A stretch of 32,346 nt of DNA from Sphingomonas sp. (lineage in GTDB: Bacteria; Pseudomonadota; Alphaproteobacteria; Sphingomonadales; Sphingomonadaceae): NCBI GenBank assembly GCA_035481255.1, contig DATIGZ010000372.1, forward strand, positions 1 to 32,346. The letters are read 5' to 3'. The notes beneath the pieces were generated by a model. The model did no database searches and was not told the DNA's origin. It worked only from the letters and a program-made list of their open reading frames with translations. Below, piece by piece: positions 16,468 to 24,677 of this stretch; the stretch's first letter is position 1; every line of letters begins with the position of its first letter. The translations under genes were made by a program, and so were the position numbers.

Positions 16468-18453
16468 ATGATCGCACGTACGCTGGCCCTCAGCGCCGCC
16501 CTTCTTTGCGCCTCGACCGCGATGGCGCAGGTGACGGTGCATGTCGCGCCGGGTGGTGACGACCGCAATCCGGGGACGCAGGCCAAGCCGGTGCGCACGC
16601 TGGAGCGTGCGCAGGTGCTGGTGCGCGCGAGCAACGGCAAGGACGACGTCACCGTTCTGCTCGCCGACGGCACCTATAAACTGACCAAACCGCTGATCTT
16701 CCGTCGCGCCGATGGCGGGTTGAACGGGAAGAAGGTCGAGTGGCGCGCGGTCGAGGGCGCCAAGCCGGTCATCTCGTCGGGGATCGAGGTCACCGGCTTC
16801 GCGTCCTATGACGAGGAGCGCCGCATCTATGTCGCCGCGACCCCCAAGGGGCTCGACACGCGCCAGATCTGGGTCAACGGCACCGTCGCCGAACGCCCAT
16901 GGATCGAGCTGCGCGCGTCCGACGTGAAGTTCGGCCCCAGCGGATTCGAGATCACCAACCCGAAATACGACTATGTCGGCAAGCTTGCCCGCCCCGACCG
17001 GCTCGAGCTGGAAGCGACCGGCTTCTTCACCGACCGCTATTCGCCGGTGAAGTCGATCAGCGGCACCAATGTGACGATGCAGCAGCCGGCATGGGACAAC
17101 AACACCTGGGGCTATGACACGGTCAGCAAGCCGATCTTCCCCGACGATTCGCGGCTGTTTCTGGTCAACGCGCTCGAGTTCATCGGCAAGACCAACGACT
17201 GGCACGCGCGCTATCACCAGTGGGTGATCGAACCCGAGGCGGGCAAACTGTATCTGCGAGCGGGAATCGACGAGGATATCAAGAGCCTCAAGGTCGTCGT
17301 GCCGACGCTGGAGACGCTGGTGTCGATCAGCGGCACGCCCGCGGCACCGGTCGAGCGCCTCAGCTTCCGCGGCCTGACCTTCTCCCACACATCGTGGATG
17401 GGGCCGAGTAAGCCGACCGGCTACGCGAACCAGCAGAGCGGCGCCTATCTCAGCGACGTGTCGCCGATCCGGCCCAAGGATGCGTGGGACAAATGCGGCT
17501 GGGGCTGCGTCGAGTTCGAATCGATGCGCCTCAAATGGCACCAGATGCCCGCCGCGGTTCAGGTGTCGGCGGCGCGCGAGGTGAGCTTCGAGGGCAACAA
17601 CTTCACTCAACTCGGCCAGATCGCGCTGGGCATCGGCAATGAGCCGACCGCGCATCTGACCGGCGTCGGCTTGGCAACCGATGGCGTCCGCGTGGCGCGC
17701 AACCGCTTCTCGATCCTGTCGGGCGGCGCGATCATGGCGGGCGGCGTGCGCACCGACGCGCATCACCCGAGCGACCCGAAGCTGATCAACCGCAATCTTG
17801 TGATCGAGGACAATACGGTCGTCACCGTCAGCCAGGATTACAAGGACAATGCCGCGATCCTGACGACGTATATCGACGGGGCGACGATCCGGCACAACGA
17901 CATCAGCGACGCCCCCTATGACGCGATCGCGGTCGGCTGGGGCTGGGGCTATAATGACGCGGGCGGCAACCCGAATTACGACGAGAAGCAGAAGGGCTAC
18001 GTCCACAACCCCAAGTTCACCACGCCCACCACGCTGCGCAACACGCTGGTCGAGGGCAACCGCATCCATGGCGTGAAGCTGTGGTACGAGGATGGCGGCG
18101 CAATCTACAATCTGTCGGCCAATCCCAATTCGGTGATCCGCAACAACCACATCTTCGACATCTCGAACCGGATCGGCATCTATCTGGACGAGGGCAGCAA
18201 GCACTTCACCGTGACCGGCAACGTCGTCGAGACCGGCGGCAAGTGGCTCAACATCAACACCGCGGGCGGCATGTTCCGGCGCAAGATCTCGACCGACAAT
18301 CGGGCCTCCGGCAACTGGCACAATTCGATGTCGACCGGCGGGCGCTGGCTGCCCGAGATCGGCAACGACGCGCGCGGCAATTTCCTGGTTCCCGACCGCG
18401 ACTGGCCGGCCGACGCGCGCAAGGTGATCGAAGCCGCCGGTCCGCGGGATTAG
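16468..18453 (+). CDS. Secreted right-handed beta-helix protein, GH141-like
   Basis: Sec signal ..AMA-Q; HVAPGGDDRNPGT..PVRTLERAQ, VLLADGTY, VGWGWG, DGGAIY, IYLDEGS; AGGAG RBS. Confidence 0.75.
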   Translation: MIARTLALSAALLCASTAMAQVTVHVAPGGDDRNPGTQAKPVRTLERAQVLVRASNGKDDVTVLLADGTYKLTKPLIFRRADGGLNGKKVEWRAVEGAKPVISSGIEVTGFASYDEERRIYVAATPKGLDTRQIWVNGTVAERPWIELRASDVKFGPSGFEITNPKYDYVGKLARPDRLELEATGFFTDRYSPVKSISGTNVTMQQPAWDNNTWGYDTVSKPIFPDDSRLFLVNALEFIGKTNDWHARYHQWVIEPEAGKLYLRAGIDEDIKSLKVVVPTLETLVSISGTPAAPVERLSFRGLTFSHTSWMGPSKPTGYANQQSGAYLSDVSPIRPKDAWDKCGWGCVEFESMRLKWHQMPAAVQVSAAREVSFEGNNFTQLGQIALGIGNEPTAHLTGVGLATDGVRVARNRFSILSGGAIMAGGVRTDAHHPSDPKLINRNLVIEDNTVVTVSQDYKDNAAILTTYIDGATIRHNDISDAPYDAIAVGWGWGYNDAGGNPNYDEKQKGYVHNPKFTTPTTLRNTLVEGNRIHGVKLWYEDGGAIYNLSANPNSVIRNNHIFDISNRIGIYLDEGSKHFTVTGNVVETGGKWLNINTAGGMFRRKISTDNRASGNWHNSMSTGGRWLPEIGNDARGNFLVPDRDWPADARKVIEAAGPRD

Positions 18454-18479
18454 GGCATCGACAGCGCCGCCCCGGCTCA

Positions 18480-18504
18480 ATAGTATGACTAATAAGAAGT
18501 CATA
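18480..18504. promoter_or_regulatory. Operator-like inverted repeat upstream of the ThuA-domain gene
   Basis: TATGACT-N7-AGTCATA (18484-18504), AT-rich, same TCATA core as the other locus sites. Confidence 0.55.
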
Positions 18505-18522
18505 GAGACCGGGGAGAGCGCG

Positions 18523-19347
18523 ATGATCCTGCACAGCCTGATTGCCCTTGCCATGGGGCAGGCAGCCCCCTCCCCGCCGCCCGCCCGCGATCCGCGCAAC
18601 TGGCCGGCGCCGGTGATGGACACCGAAGCGCCCGTGCTGCCCGGGCTGCGGCCCGGCGCGGTGCTGGTGCTGTCCAAGACCAACGGCTTTCGCGACCCCG
18701 AGCAGATCGACACGGCGAAGAAGGTGCTGACCGACCTGGTCCGCAAGCAGGGCCGCGACGTGTTCGAGACCGAGAACGCGGCGGTGATGAACTCCCGCGA
18801 CCTCGCCCGCTTCTCGACCGTGGTGTTCAACAGCACCAGCGGCAACATATTCGACGAAAGCCAGCGGGCCGCGTTCAAATCATGGGTCGAACGCGGTGGC
18901 GGCGTGGTGCTGCTGCACGGCGCGGGCGGCGATCCGACCTATGACTGGCGCTGGTGGCCCGATATGCTGATCGGCGCGCAGTTCATCGGCCATACCGGAC
19001 GGCCCAAACAGTTCCAGCAGGCGACGATCGACGTGGTCGACCGCGCGCATCCCGCGATGCGCCGCCTGCCCGCGAAATGGGTGCGGACCGAGGAATGGTA
19101 TTCGTTCGACCGGATTCCGAGCGGCAACGGCACGCGCATCCTCGCGACGGTCGACGAGACGACCTACGAACCCTTTCCCGAGCGCGTGCGCATGGGCAAG
19201 CCGCATCCGGTGATCTGGAGCCGCTGCGTCGGCAAGGGGCGGGTGATCTTCTCCTCGCTCGGGCACAAGGCGGAAACCTATGCCGAGCCGCTGCATCAGT
19301 TTCTGATCAGCGACGCGATCCGCTGGGCGGGGCGCGAGGGCTGCTAG
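18523..19347 (+). CDS. ThuA-like domain protein (class I GATase-like fold)
   Basis: VLVLSKTNGFR, VVFNSTSGNIF..QRAAFKSWVERGGGVVLLHGA, EEWYSF, VDETTY, HPVIWSR, SSLGH. Confidence 0.88.
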   Translation: MILHSLIALAMGQAAPSPPPARDPRNWPAPVMDTEAPVLPGLRPGAVLVLSKTNGFRDPEQIDTAKKVLTDLVRKQGRDVFETENAAVMNSRDLARFSTVVFNSTSGNIFDESQRAAFKSWVERGGGVVLLHGAGGDPTYDWRWWPDMLIGAQFIGHTGRPKQFQQATIDVVDRAHPAMRRLPAKWVRTEEWYSFDRIPSGNGTRILATVDETTYEPFPERVRMGKPHPVIWSRCVGKGRVIFSSLGHKAETYAEPLHQFLISDAIRWAGREGC

Positions 19348-20975
19348 GCCCCGCCGGGGAAGCGCTGCACTGATCCGATGGCGACGTTGCGGCTGCCGGC
19401 GCCGGTACGCACCGCGGCGTCGCGCGGCTTGGGTGAGGTGAGGCGATCGATCACCGCGCCATTCACATTCTCCAGCACTAGCGTGGGCCGCGCGTCGGGT
19501 CTCGCCGTGTCGAAGCCGCAGTCGACCACGCTCAAATTGCGGACGTGCCGCGCGTACAGACCATGGGCGGGCAAAACGCCCATGAAGCTCGGTTCGAGGC
19601 TGGAGTTGCGGCGCTCGGGGACCGCGCGGCTCGCATCCGCTTCGGTGCCGCCGCCCGCTGCGGTGACGTGGACGCCACGAAAGCTCACATCCTCGATGAT
19701 CCCGTCCTCGATCCCGACCACGCCGCACGGATACTCCGTGCGCGCGCCCGCGACCTGAATGTCGGTGAAGCGCACGCGGCGGACCTTCGCCACCCCCGCC
19801 CCTCTGGGCGCGCGGTTGCGCGCGGACAGGCGGAGGAACACCGGGTGGTTGACCGGGTTGACCAGGTTGATGTCACGGAAGGTGACATCCTCGAGCACCC
19901 CGCCGTCGATCGCGCCGAGCTGAAGCCCACGCGAATTCTCGCACACGCAATCGGCGATGAGGACGTTGCGGAAGCCCGCGATGCTGTCGGTGCCGAGCTT
20001 GATCCGGCCGAGCACCCCGACCTTGTCGGGAGCGAGATAAGGCGACTTCTGATAGGTACCGTCGAGCACGGTGCCGAGCAGATAGCCGCTGGTCTTGCAG
20101 CCGATCACCTGCACGTCCTCACACAAGCGCGCTTCCTGCAGCCCGTAACTGCTCTTGAGGCAGATGGCGTCGTCCTTGGGCGCATTGACCACGCAACTGG
20201 TGACGCGCACGTCGCGGCAGCAATCGAGGTCGATGCCGTCGCGGTCGGTGTCCACGGTCAGGCCGTCGATTCGGACATTGGTGCAGCCCATCACATAGCA
20301 GGCGAAATGCCCGCCCTGAAGGATCGAGAAATCCTTGAGCAGCACGTTGCGGCAGCGGATCAGGCCGATCGCCTTGTTGCCGCGGCCTTCATACTTCATC
20401 TCTTCGGGATTGGCGCGGCGCGCGGCGTCGGCGCTCAACCCGCGCTCCTTGGGCGATTTCCAGCCGGGGATGCCGTGCCATCCCTGCGGCGGCCCCTCGC
20501 GATCGAGGCCCAGGCCGTGGATCAGGCCATGGCCGATGATCGCGACGTCGCTGACGCCGTCGCCATAGATCAGACTGTTGTGGAAATGGGCGAGGCCATA
20601 GTCGACGAACTGCTCCTCCCACACGCCCTCGGGCAGATCATATTGCCCCTTGTGCCGGTCGGGGCTGGCTGCCTCGATCACCGATCCGGGGCTGAGGACG
20701 AGCGTGATGTGGCTCTTCAGCCGGATCGAGAAGCAGAGATAGCGGCCCGGCGGGACGACGATCGTGCCGCCGCCCCTGGCGCTCGCCGCCTCGATCGCGC
20801 GATTGAAGGCCGGGGAATCGATCGCCTTGCCGTCACCCTTCGCGCCATAATCGCGGACATTGTGAAAGCCGTTCAGCGATCCTGTCGCGCGCACCGGAAC
20901 CGCGCTCGCGGCCAGCGCCGCCCCTGCTCCCAGCAATGCCGTCCGACGGCTGAATTCGGCCCGTGCCTCGAGCAA
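19344..20975 (-). CDS. GH28-like beta-helix glycoside hydrolase, paralog 2 (Tat signal, TTG start)
   Basis: SRRTALLG; NVRDYGAKGDG; DRDGID, KDDAICLKS, GRIKLGTD; AGGAGG RBS before TTG. Confidence 0.87.
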   Translation of the reverse strand: MLEARAEFSRRTALLGAGAALAASAVPVRATGSLNGFHNVRDYGAKGDGKAIDSPAFNRAIEAASARGGGTIVVPPGRYLCFSIRLKSHITLVLSPGSVIEAASPDRHKGQYDLPEGVWEEQFVDYGLAHFHNSLIYGDGVSDVAIIGHGLIHGLGLDREGPPQGWHGIPGWKSPKERGLSADAARRANPEEMKYEGRGNKAIGLIRCRNVLLKDFSILQGGHFACYVMGCTNVRIDGLTVDTDRDGIDLDCCRDVRVTSCVVNAPKDDAICLKSSYGLQEARLCEDVQVIGCKTSGYLLGTVLDGTYQKSPYLAPDKVGVLGRIKLGTDSIAGFRNVLIADCVCENSRGLQLGAIDGGVLEDVTFRDINLVNPVNHPVFLRLSARNRAPRGAGVAKVRRVRFTDIQVAGARTEYPCGVVGIEDGIIEDVSFRGVHVTAAGGGTEADASRAVPERRNSSLEPSFMGVLPAHGLYARHVRNLSVVDCGFDTARPDARPTLVLENVNGAVIDRLTSPKPRDAAVRTGAGSRNVAIGSVQRFPGGA

Positions 20976-20996
20976 TATCCCCTCCTGTCGCTGTTT

Positions 20997-21012
20997 ATCG
21001 TATGATGAATTA
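20997..21012. promoter_or_regulatory. Operator-like motif upstream of GH28-2
   Basis: ATCGTATGATGAATTA; near-palindromic core ATCGTATGAT; 15/15 match to 15539-15553 on the opposite strand. Confidence 0.7.
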
Positions 21013-21038
21013 GCGGGAGAGTGATCGCAAGCTGTAAG

Positions 21039-21842
21039 TCAGGTTTTGCCGACCACGTCACGATCGGGGTCGAGGCGGAGCGTCAAATCGGCGCGTTCCG
21101 GCATATCGGCGAGGATCGCGCGAGTGATGCGCTCATAATGCTGGATGAATCGGCCGATCTGCGAATCGGTCATCGCCAGCGCGGGATCGCGGCCCTGCGC
21201 GGCCAGCGTGGCGCGCAATTCCGCCTCCTGCTGGGTACGCCAGTCCCGCACGATTTCGAAGCCCGGCGCGGCGAGCAGCACCAGCCGGTCAACGCGCGCG
21301 AACAGGTCTTGATAGGGGCCGGCCAGCGCGGCGTTGGCCGCGCGGCGCCAGATGCCGTCGGGGTCTTCGGCGCGTTCGAGCGCGTTCACGGGCGTGGCGA
21401 GGTCCGCCTCGGCCTGCGGCGCGGCACCGACGCACCAGCCTTCGAAGATCAGCAGCTCGAGCGGACCGTCGATCGCTTCCCATTGCGCTTGCGGCAGCGG
21501 CTCGTCGCTCGCCTTGTCGAAGCGCGGCAGGCGGACGGGCTGGCCGGCCTTTACCGCATCGAGGATTGCGCAACCCAGCGCGACATCATGGGTCAGCGGC
21601 ACGCCGCGCGTGGCAAGCAGCGGATGGACGTCGCTCGCGAGGTCGGCGCGCGCGGCCTTGCCCAGATAGAGATCGTCGAGCGAGAGGATCGCGGCACGCA
21701 GGCCGAGCCGCTCGACGAGCCCGCGCGCAAGGGTGGACTTGCCGCTGCCTTGCGATCCGCAGATGCCGAGGATCAGCGGGCGCGGATCGGTATCGAGCCA
21801 GCCCGCGACCGCCCGCGCGACGATCTCAAGCGACGCGGTCAA
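21039..21842 (-). CDS. P-loop kinase, GLYK-type D-glycerate 3-kinase-like
   Basis: GICGSQGSGKST, LSLDDLY, RGVPLTHD, PRFDKA, FEGWCVG, WRTQQE; overlaps the upstream glycerate dehydrogenase. Confidence 0.75.
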   Translation of the reverse strand: MTASLEIVARAVAGWLDTDPRPLILGICGSQGSGKSTLARGLVERLGLRAAILSLDDLYLGKAARADLASDVHPLLATRGVPLTHDVALGCAILDAVKAGQPVRLPRFDKASDEPLPQAQWEAIDGPLELLIFEGWCVGAAPQAEADLATPVNALERAEDPDGIWRRAANAALAGPYQDLFARVDRLVLLAAPGFEIVRDWRTQQEAELRATLAAQGRDPALAMTDSQIGRFIQHYERITRAILADMPERADLTLRLDPDRDVVGKT

Positions 21843-22782
21843 ACGGCTCGCGCCCGGCGAAGAAGGCGTCGAGATTGTCGGCGACCTTCATCCCCATCGC
21901 CTCGCGCGTCTCCAGCGTGGCGGAGCCGAGATGGGGCAGCAGCACCGCATTGGGGAGACCGGTCAGCGCCGCCTCGACCGCGGGCTCGCGCTCGTACACG
22001 TCGAGTCCCGCGGCGGCGATCGTGCCTGCCTTCAGCGCATCCGCCAGCGCCGCTTCATCGATCAGCGTCCCGCGCCCGGTGTTCACCAGCACGGCATCGC
22101 GTTTCATTGCCTTGAGGGCTGCCGCATCGATCATGTGCCGTGTCGCCGTACCGCCCGGCGCGTGCAGCGACACCACGTCGGCAACGCTAAGCAGGCTGTC
22201 GAGCGATGCGTGGTACGCTGTTTCGGGCACGTCATCGGCGCGGCTGCGGCTGTGGACGACGACCTCCATCCCGAACGCCTTCGCCCGCCCGGCCACGGCG
22301 CGGGCGATGCGGCCATAGCCGACCAGTCCCAGCACCTTGCCGCGCAGCGAGCGGCCGAGCAGATGCGTCGGCCGCCAGCCGGTCCATTCGCCGCCACGCA
22401 GCTCGCGCTCACCCTCGCCCGCGCGGCGCGTCGCCATCAGGATCAGGGTCATCGCGATATCGGCGGTGGCGTCGGTCAGCACGTCCGGCGTGTTGGTGAC
22501 GGCAAGGCCGGCCTCACGCGCCGCGTCGAGATCGATATGCTCGAACCCCGCGCCGTAATTGCCGATGATCCGCGCACGGCGCCCCTCGGTAAGGATCACC
22601 TCGCGGGTGATCTTGTCGGTCACGGTCGGGCAGAGTGCGTCATGCTCGAGCATCGCCAGCGCCAGCGCGGCCGCGTCCATCGGCGTGTCCGCCTCGTTCA
22701 GCGTGACCTCATAGCTGGCGGCGAGGCGTGCCTCCACAGCCTCGGGCCAGCGGCGGGTGAGCAGGATCCTGGGCTTGGTCAT
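21826..22782 (-). CDS. D-2-hydroxyacid dehydrogenase (glyoxylate/hydroxypyruvate reductase, GhrB/GyaR-like)
   Basis: NTPDVLTDATAD, GYGRIA, VNTGRG, GLDVYEREP, LPHLGSAT. Confidence 0.93.
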   Translation of the reverse strand: MTKPRILLTRRWPEAVEARLAASYEVTLNEADTPMDAAALALAMLEHDALCPTVTDKITREVILTEGRRARIIGNYGAGFEHIDLDAAREAGLAVTNTPDVLTDATADIAMTLILMATRRAGEGERELRGGEWTGWRPTHLLGRSLRGKVLGLVGYGRIARAVAGRAKAFGMEVVVHSRSRADDVPETAYHASLDSLLSVADVVSLHAPGGTATRHMIDAAALKAMKRDAVLVNTGRGTLIDEAALADALKAGTIAAAGLDVYEREPAVEAALTGLPNAVLLPHLGSATLETREAMGMKVADNLDAFFAGREPFDRVA

Positions 22783-22791
22783 GGCGCGAGA

Positions 22792-23562
22792 CTAGCGGCG
22801 ACGGAATACGGGTGCACGCTTCTCCGCAAAGGCGGCGCGGCCCTCCTTCGCGTCGTCGGTGGCGAAGCAGATCGCCTGCAGGTCGCGCTCATACTCGATC
22901 GCCTTGTCCCACGGCATCGTATGCGCCGCCCGCAAATTGAGCTTCGCCGTCTCCGCAGCGATCGGTGCCCGCGAAGCAATGGTCGCGGCAATCTCTTGCG
23001 CGCGGGCGAGCAAGGCGTCGGGCGCGACGACCTCACTCACCAATCCCCAGGCCAGCGCCTTGTCGGCGTCGATCATGTCGCCGGTGAGCAGCATCAGCGC
23101 GGCGTTGGACGCACCCATCGAGTAGGTCAGTCCCGCCGCCATCCCGCCGCCGCCGATCCAGCCGAGCTTGATCTCCGGCGCGGCGAAGCGGGCATTGGTG
23201 CTGGCGATGCGGATATCCGCGGCCATCGCCGTCTCCAGCCCGCCGCCCAACGCATAGCCGTTGACCGCGGCGACGACCGGCTTGCGGCAGGCGCGCAGCG
23301 CGTCGCAATAATCGTCGCGATTGCGGAAGTCCCACGGCGTCGCATAGCCGTCGAGCGTGGTGATATCGGAGCCGGCGGAGAAGGCCTTCTCCCCCGCGCC
23401 GGTGATGACGACGCAGCGCACCGCGTCGCTGGTGTTGCACTCGCTCACCGCGGCGATCAGCGCGGCGGCCATCTCCGGCGTCAGCGCATTGAGCTTCGCC
23501 GGGCGATTGAGGGTGATGGTGGCGACATGGTCGGCCACGGTGAACAGGAGATCGTCGGTCAT
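22792..23562 (-). CDS. Enoyl-CoA hydratase/isomerase (crotonase) family
   Basis: TLNRPAKLNAL, FSAGSDI, NGYALGGGLE, APEIKLG (both catalytic Glu present); ATG 23562 overlaps the upstream stop. Confidence 0.93.
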   Translation of the reverse strand: MTDDLLFTVADHVATITLNRPAKLNALTPEMAAALIAAVSECNTSDAVRCVVITGAGEKAFSAGSDITTLDGYATPWDFRNRDDYCDALRACRKPVVAAVNGYALGGGLETAMAADIRIASTNARFAAPEIKLGWIGGGGMAAGLTYSMGASNAALMLLTGDMIDADKALAWGLVSEVVAPDALLARAQEIAATIASRAPIAAETAKLNLRAAHTMPWDKAIEYERDLQAICFATDDAKEGRAAFAEKRAPVFRRR

Positions 23563-24677
23563 GTCTCGGCTCCGGCCGGGTGATGCGTGCGATAGAGGGT
23601 TTCGAGATCGTCGAGCACCGCATCGGCGGCATCGCCGCCGAGCAGCGCAGCGCGCAGCCGCGTCGAAGCAGCCGCCTGGAAGGCGATGGCGCCATCGTGG
23701 CGCGGGCGCAGCAACGCCGCCTCGACCGTGGCGAGGGTGGCCGCGAAGAAGCCGCCGGTCGCGGAATTGACCGCATCGTCCCGCCACGCCGTGCGCAACG
23801 CCGGCTGACCGTCGTGCTGCGGGATGAAGCCGCGCTGGACCGTATCGGACATCAGCCAGCGCAGATGGCCGAGCAGTTCGGGGGTGACCTGACAGCGCTT
23901 CGACACGCCGATCCCGGTGCCGCCCAGCGTCGATCCGATCCGCCCGCCCGGCCCCGCCGGCGCGTCGGCAAATCCGACACCCCGCGTCGCGTAGTTCACA
24001 TAGCCGTAGATCAGCGGGCAGAGGTCGACCCCCTCGCCGCGCTCGATCGCGCCGAGCATCGCGATCGGGTTGAGATCGCTCGCGCGCCGCGTCACCTCAC
24101 CGGTCAGCGCGACCATCAGGCCATAGGCCTCGCGCGCGATTCCGCGGTCCATGAACGTATCGCGCGGCGCGACCGGCTCGAACCCGAGCGCGCCACAGAT
24201 CGACTGGAAGCTCAGGATCGCATGCGGCCCGGCGAGCGACAGCGCCACTGCATGGTCCTCGGCAAAGGCGGGAAGCTGCGCCCATTCGAGCGGCGGCAGC
24301 GCGATGGTCTCGCGCCGGTACGCCATCACCTGGGTCGCCGCGTCGAGCGGCAGCGCCCAGTGCCTGCCCGCATAATGATAGCTGGCGAGCGACGGTCCGG
24401 CGACGGCGCCGCGCCATACCGCGATCTCGTCGGCGCCGAACAGCTCCTCGACGGGCACGAGGCAATCCGCCGCGACGGCCTCGCCGACATGCGGATGGTC
24501 GAGCACGACGAGGTCGTAGCGCGCGCACAGATCGCCGATCGGGTGCGATTCGAACCCTTCGAGCGGATGCTTTTCCCACGTCAGCGTCAGCGCATCAGCC
24601 TGCGCCGCGGCCGCCGCCAGCGCGTTGTAGCCGCGCGGGTGATCCCAGGTCAGGCCGCGATATCGGGGGGCGCTCAT
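23559..24677 (-). CDS. Carbohydrate solute-binding-protein fold, no signal peptide
   Basis: RGLTWDHPRG, YDLVVLDHPHVG, GRHWALPLDAATQ, STLGGTGIGVS; no N-terminal hydrophobic stretch; ATGA overlaps at both ends. Confidence 0.8.
   Translation of the reverse strand: MSAPRYRGLTWDHPRGYNALAAAAAQADALTLTWEKHPLEGFESHPIGDLCARYDLVVLDHPHVGEAVAADCLVPVEELFGADEIAVWRGAVAGPSLASYHYAGRHWALPLDAATQVMAYRRETIALPPLEWAQLPAFAEDHAVALSLAGPHAILSFQSICGALGFEPVAPRDTFMDRGIAREAYGLMVALTGEVTRRASDLNPIAMLGAIERGEGVDLCPLIYGYVNYATRGVGFADAPAGPGGRIGSTLGGTGIGVSKRCQVTPELLGHLRWLMSDTVQRGFIPQHDGQPALRTAWRDDAVNSATGGFFAATLATVEAALLRPRHDGAIAFQAAASTRLRAALLGGDAADAVLDDLETLYRTHHPAGAET

Noticed and set aside
16414-18534. 706-aa minus-strand ORF
   Set aside because: Antisense shadow of the GH141-like gene.
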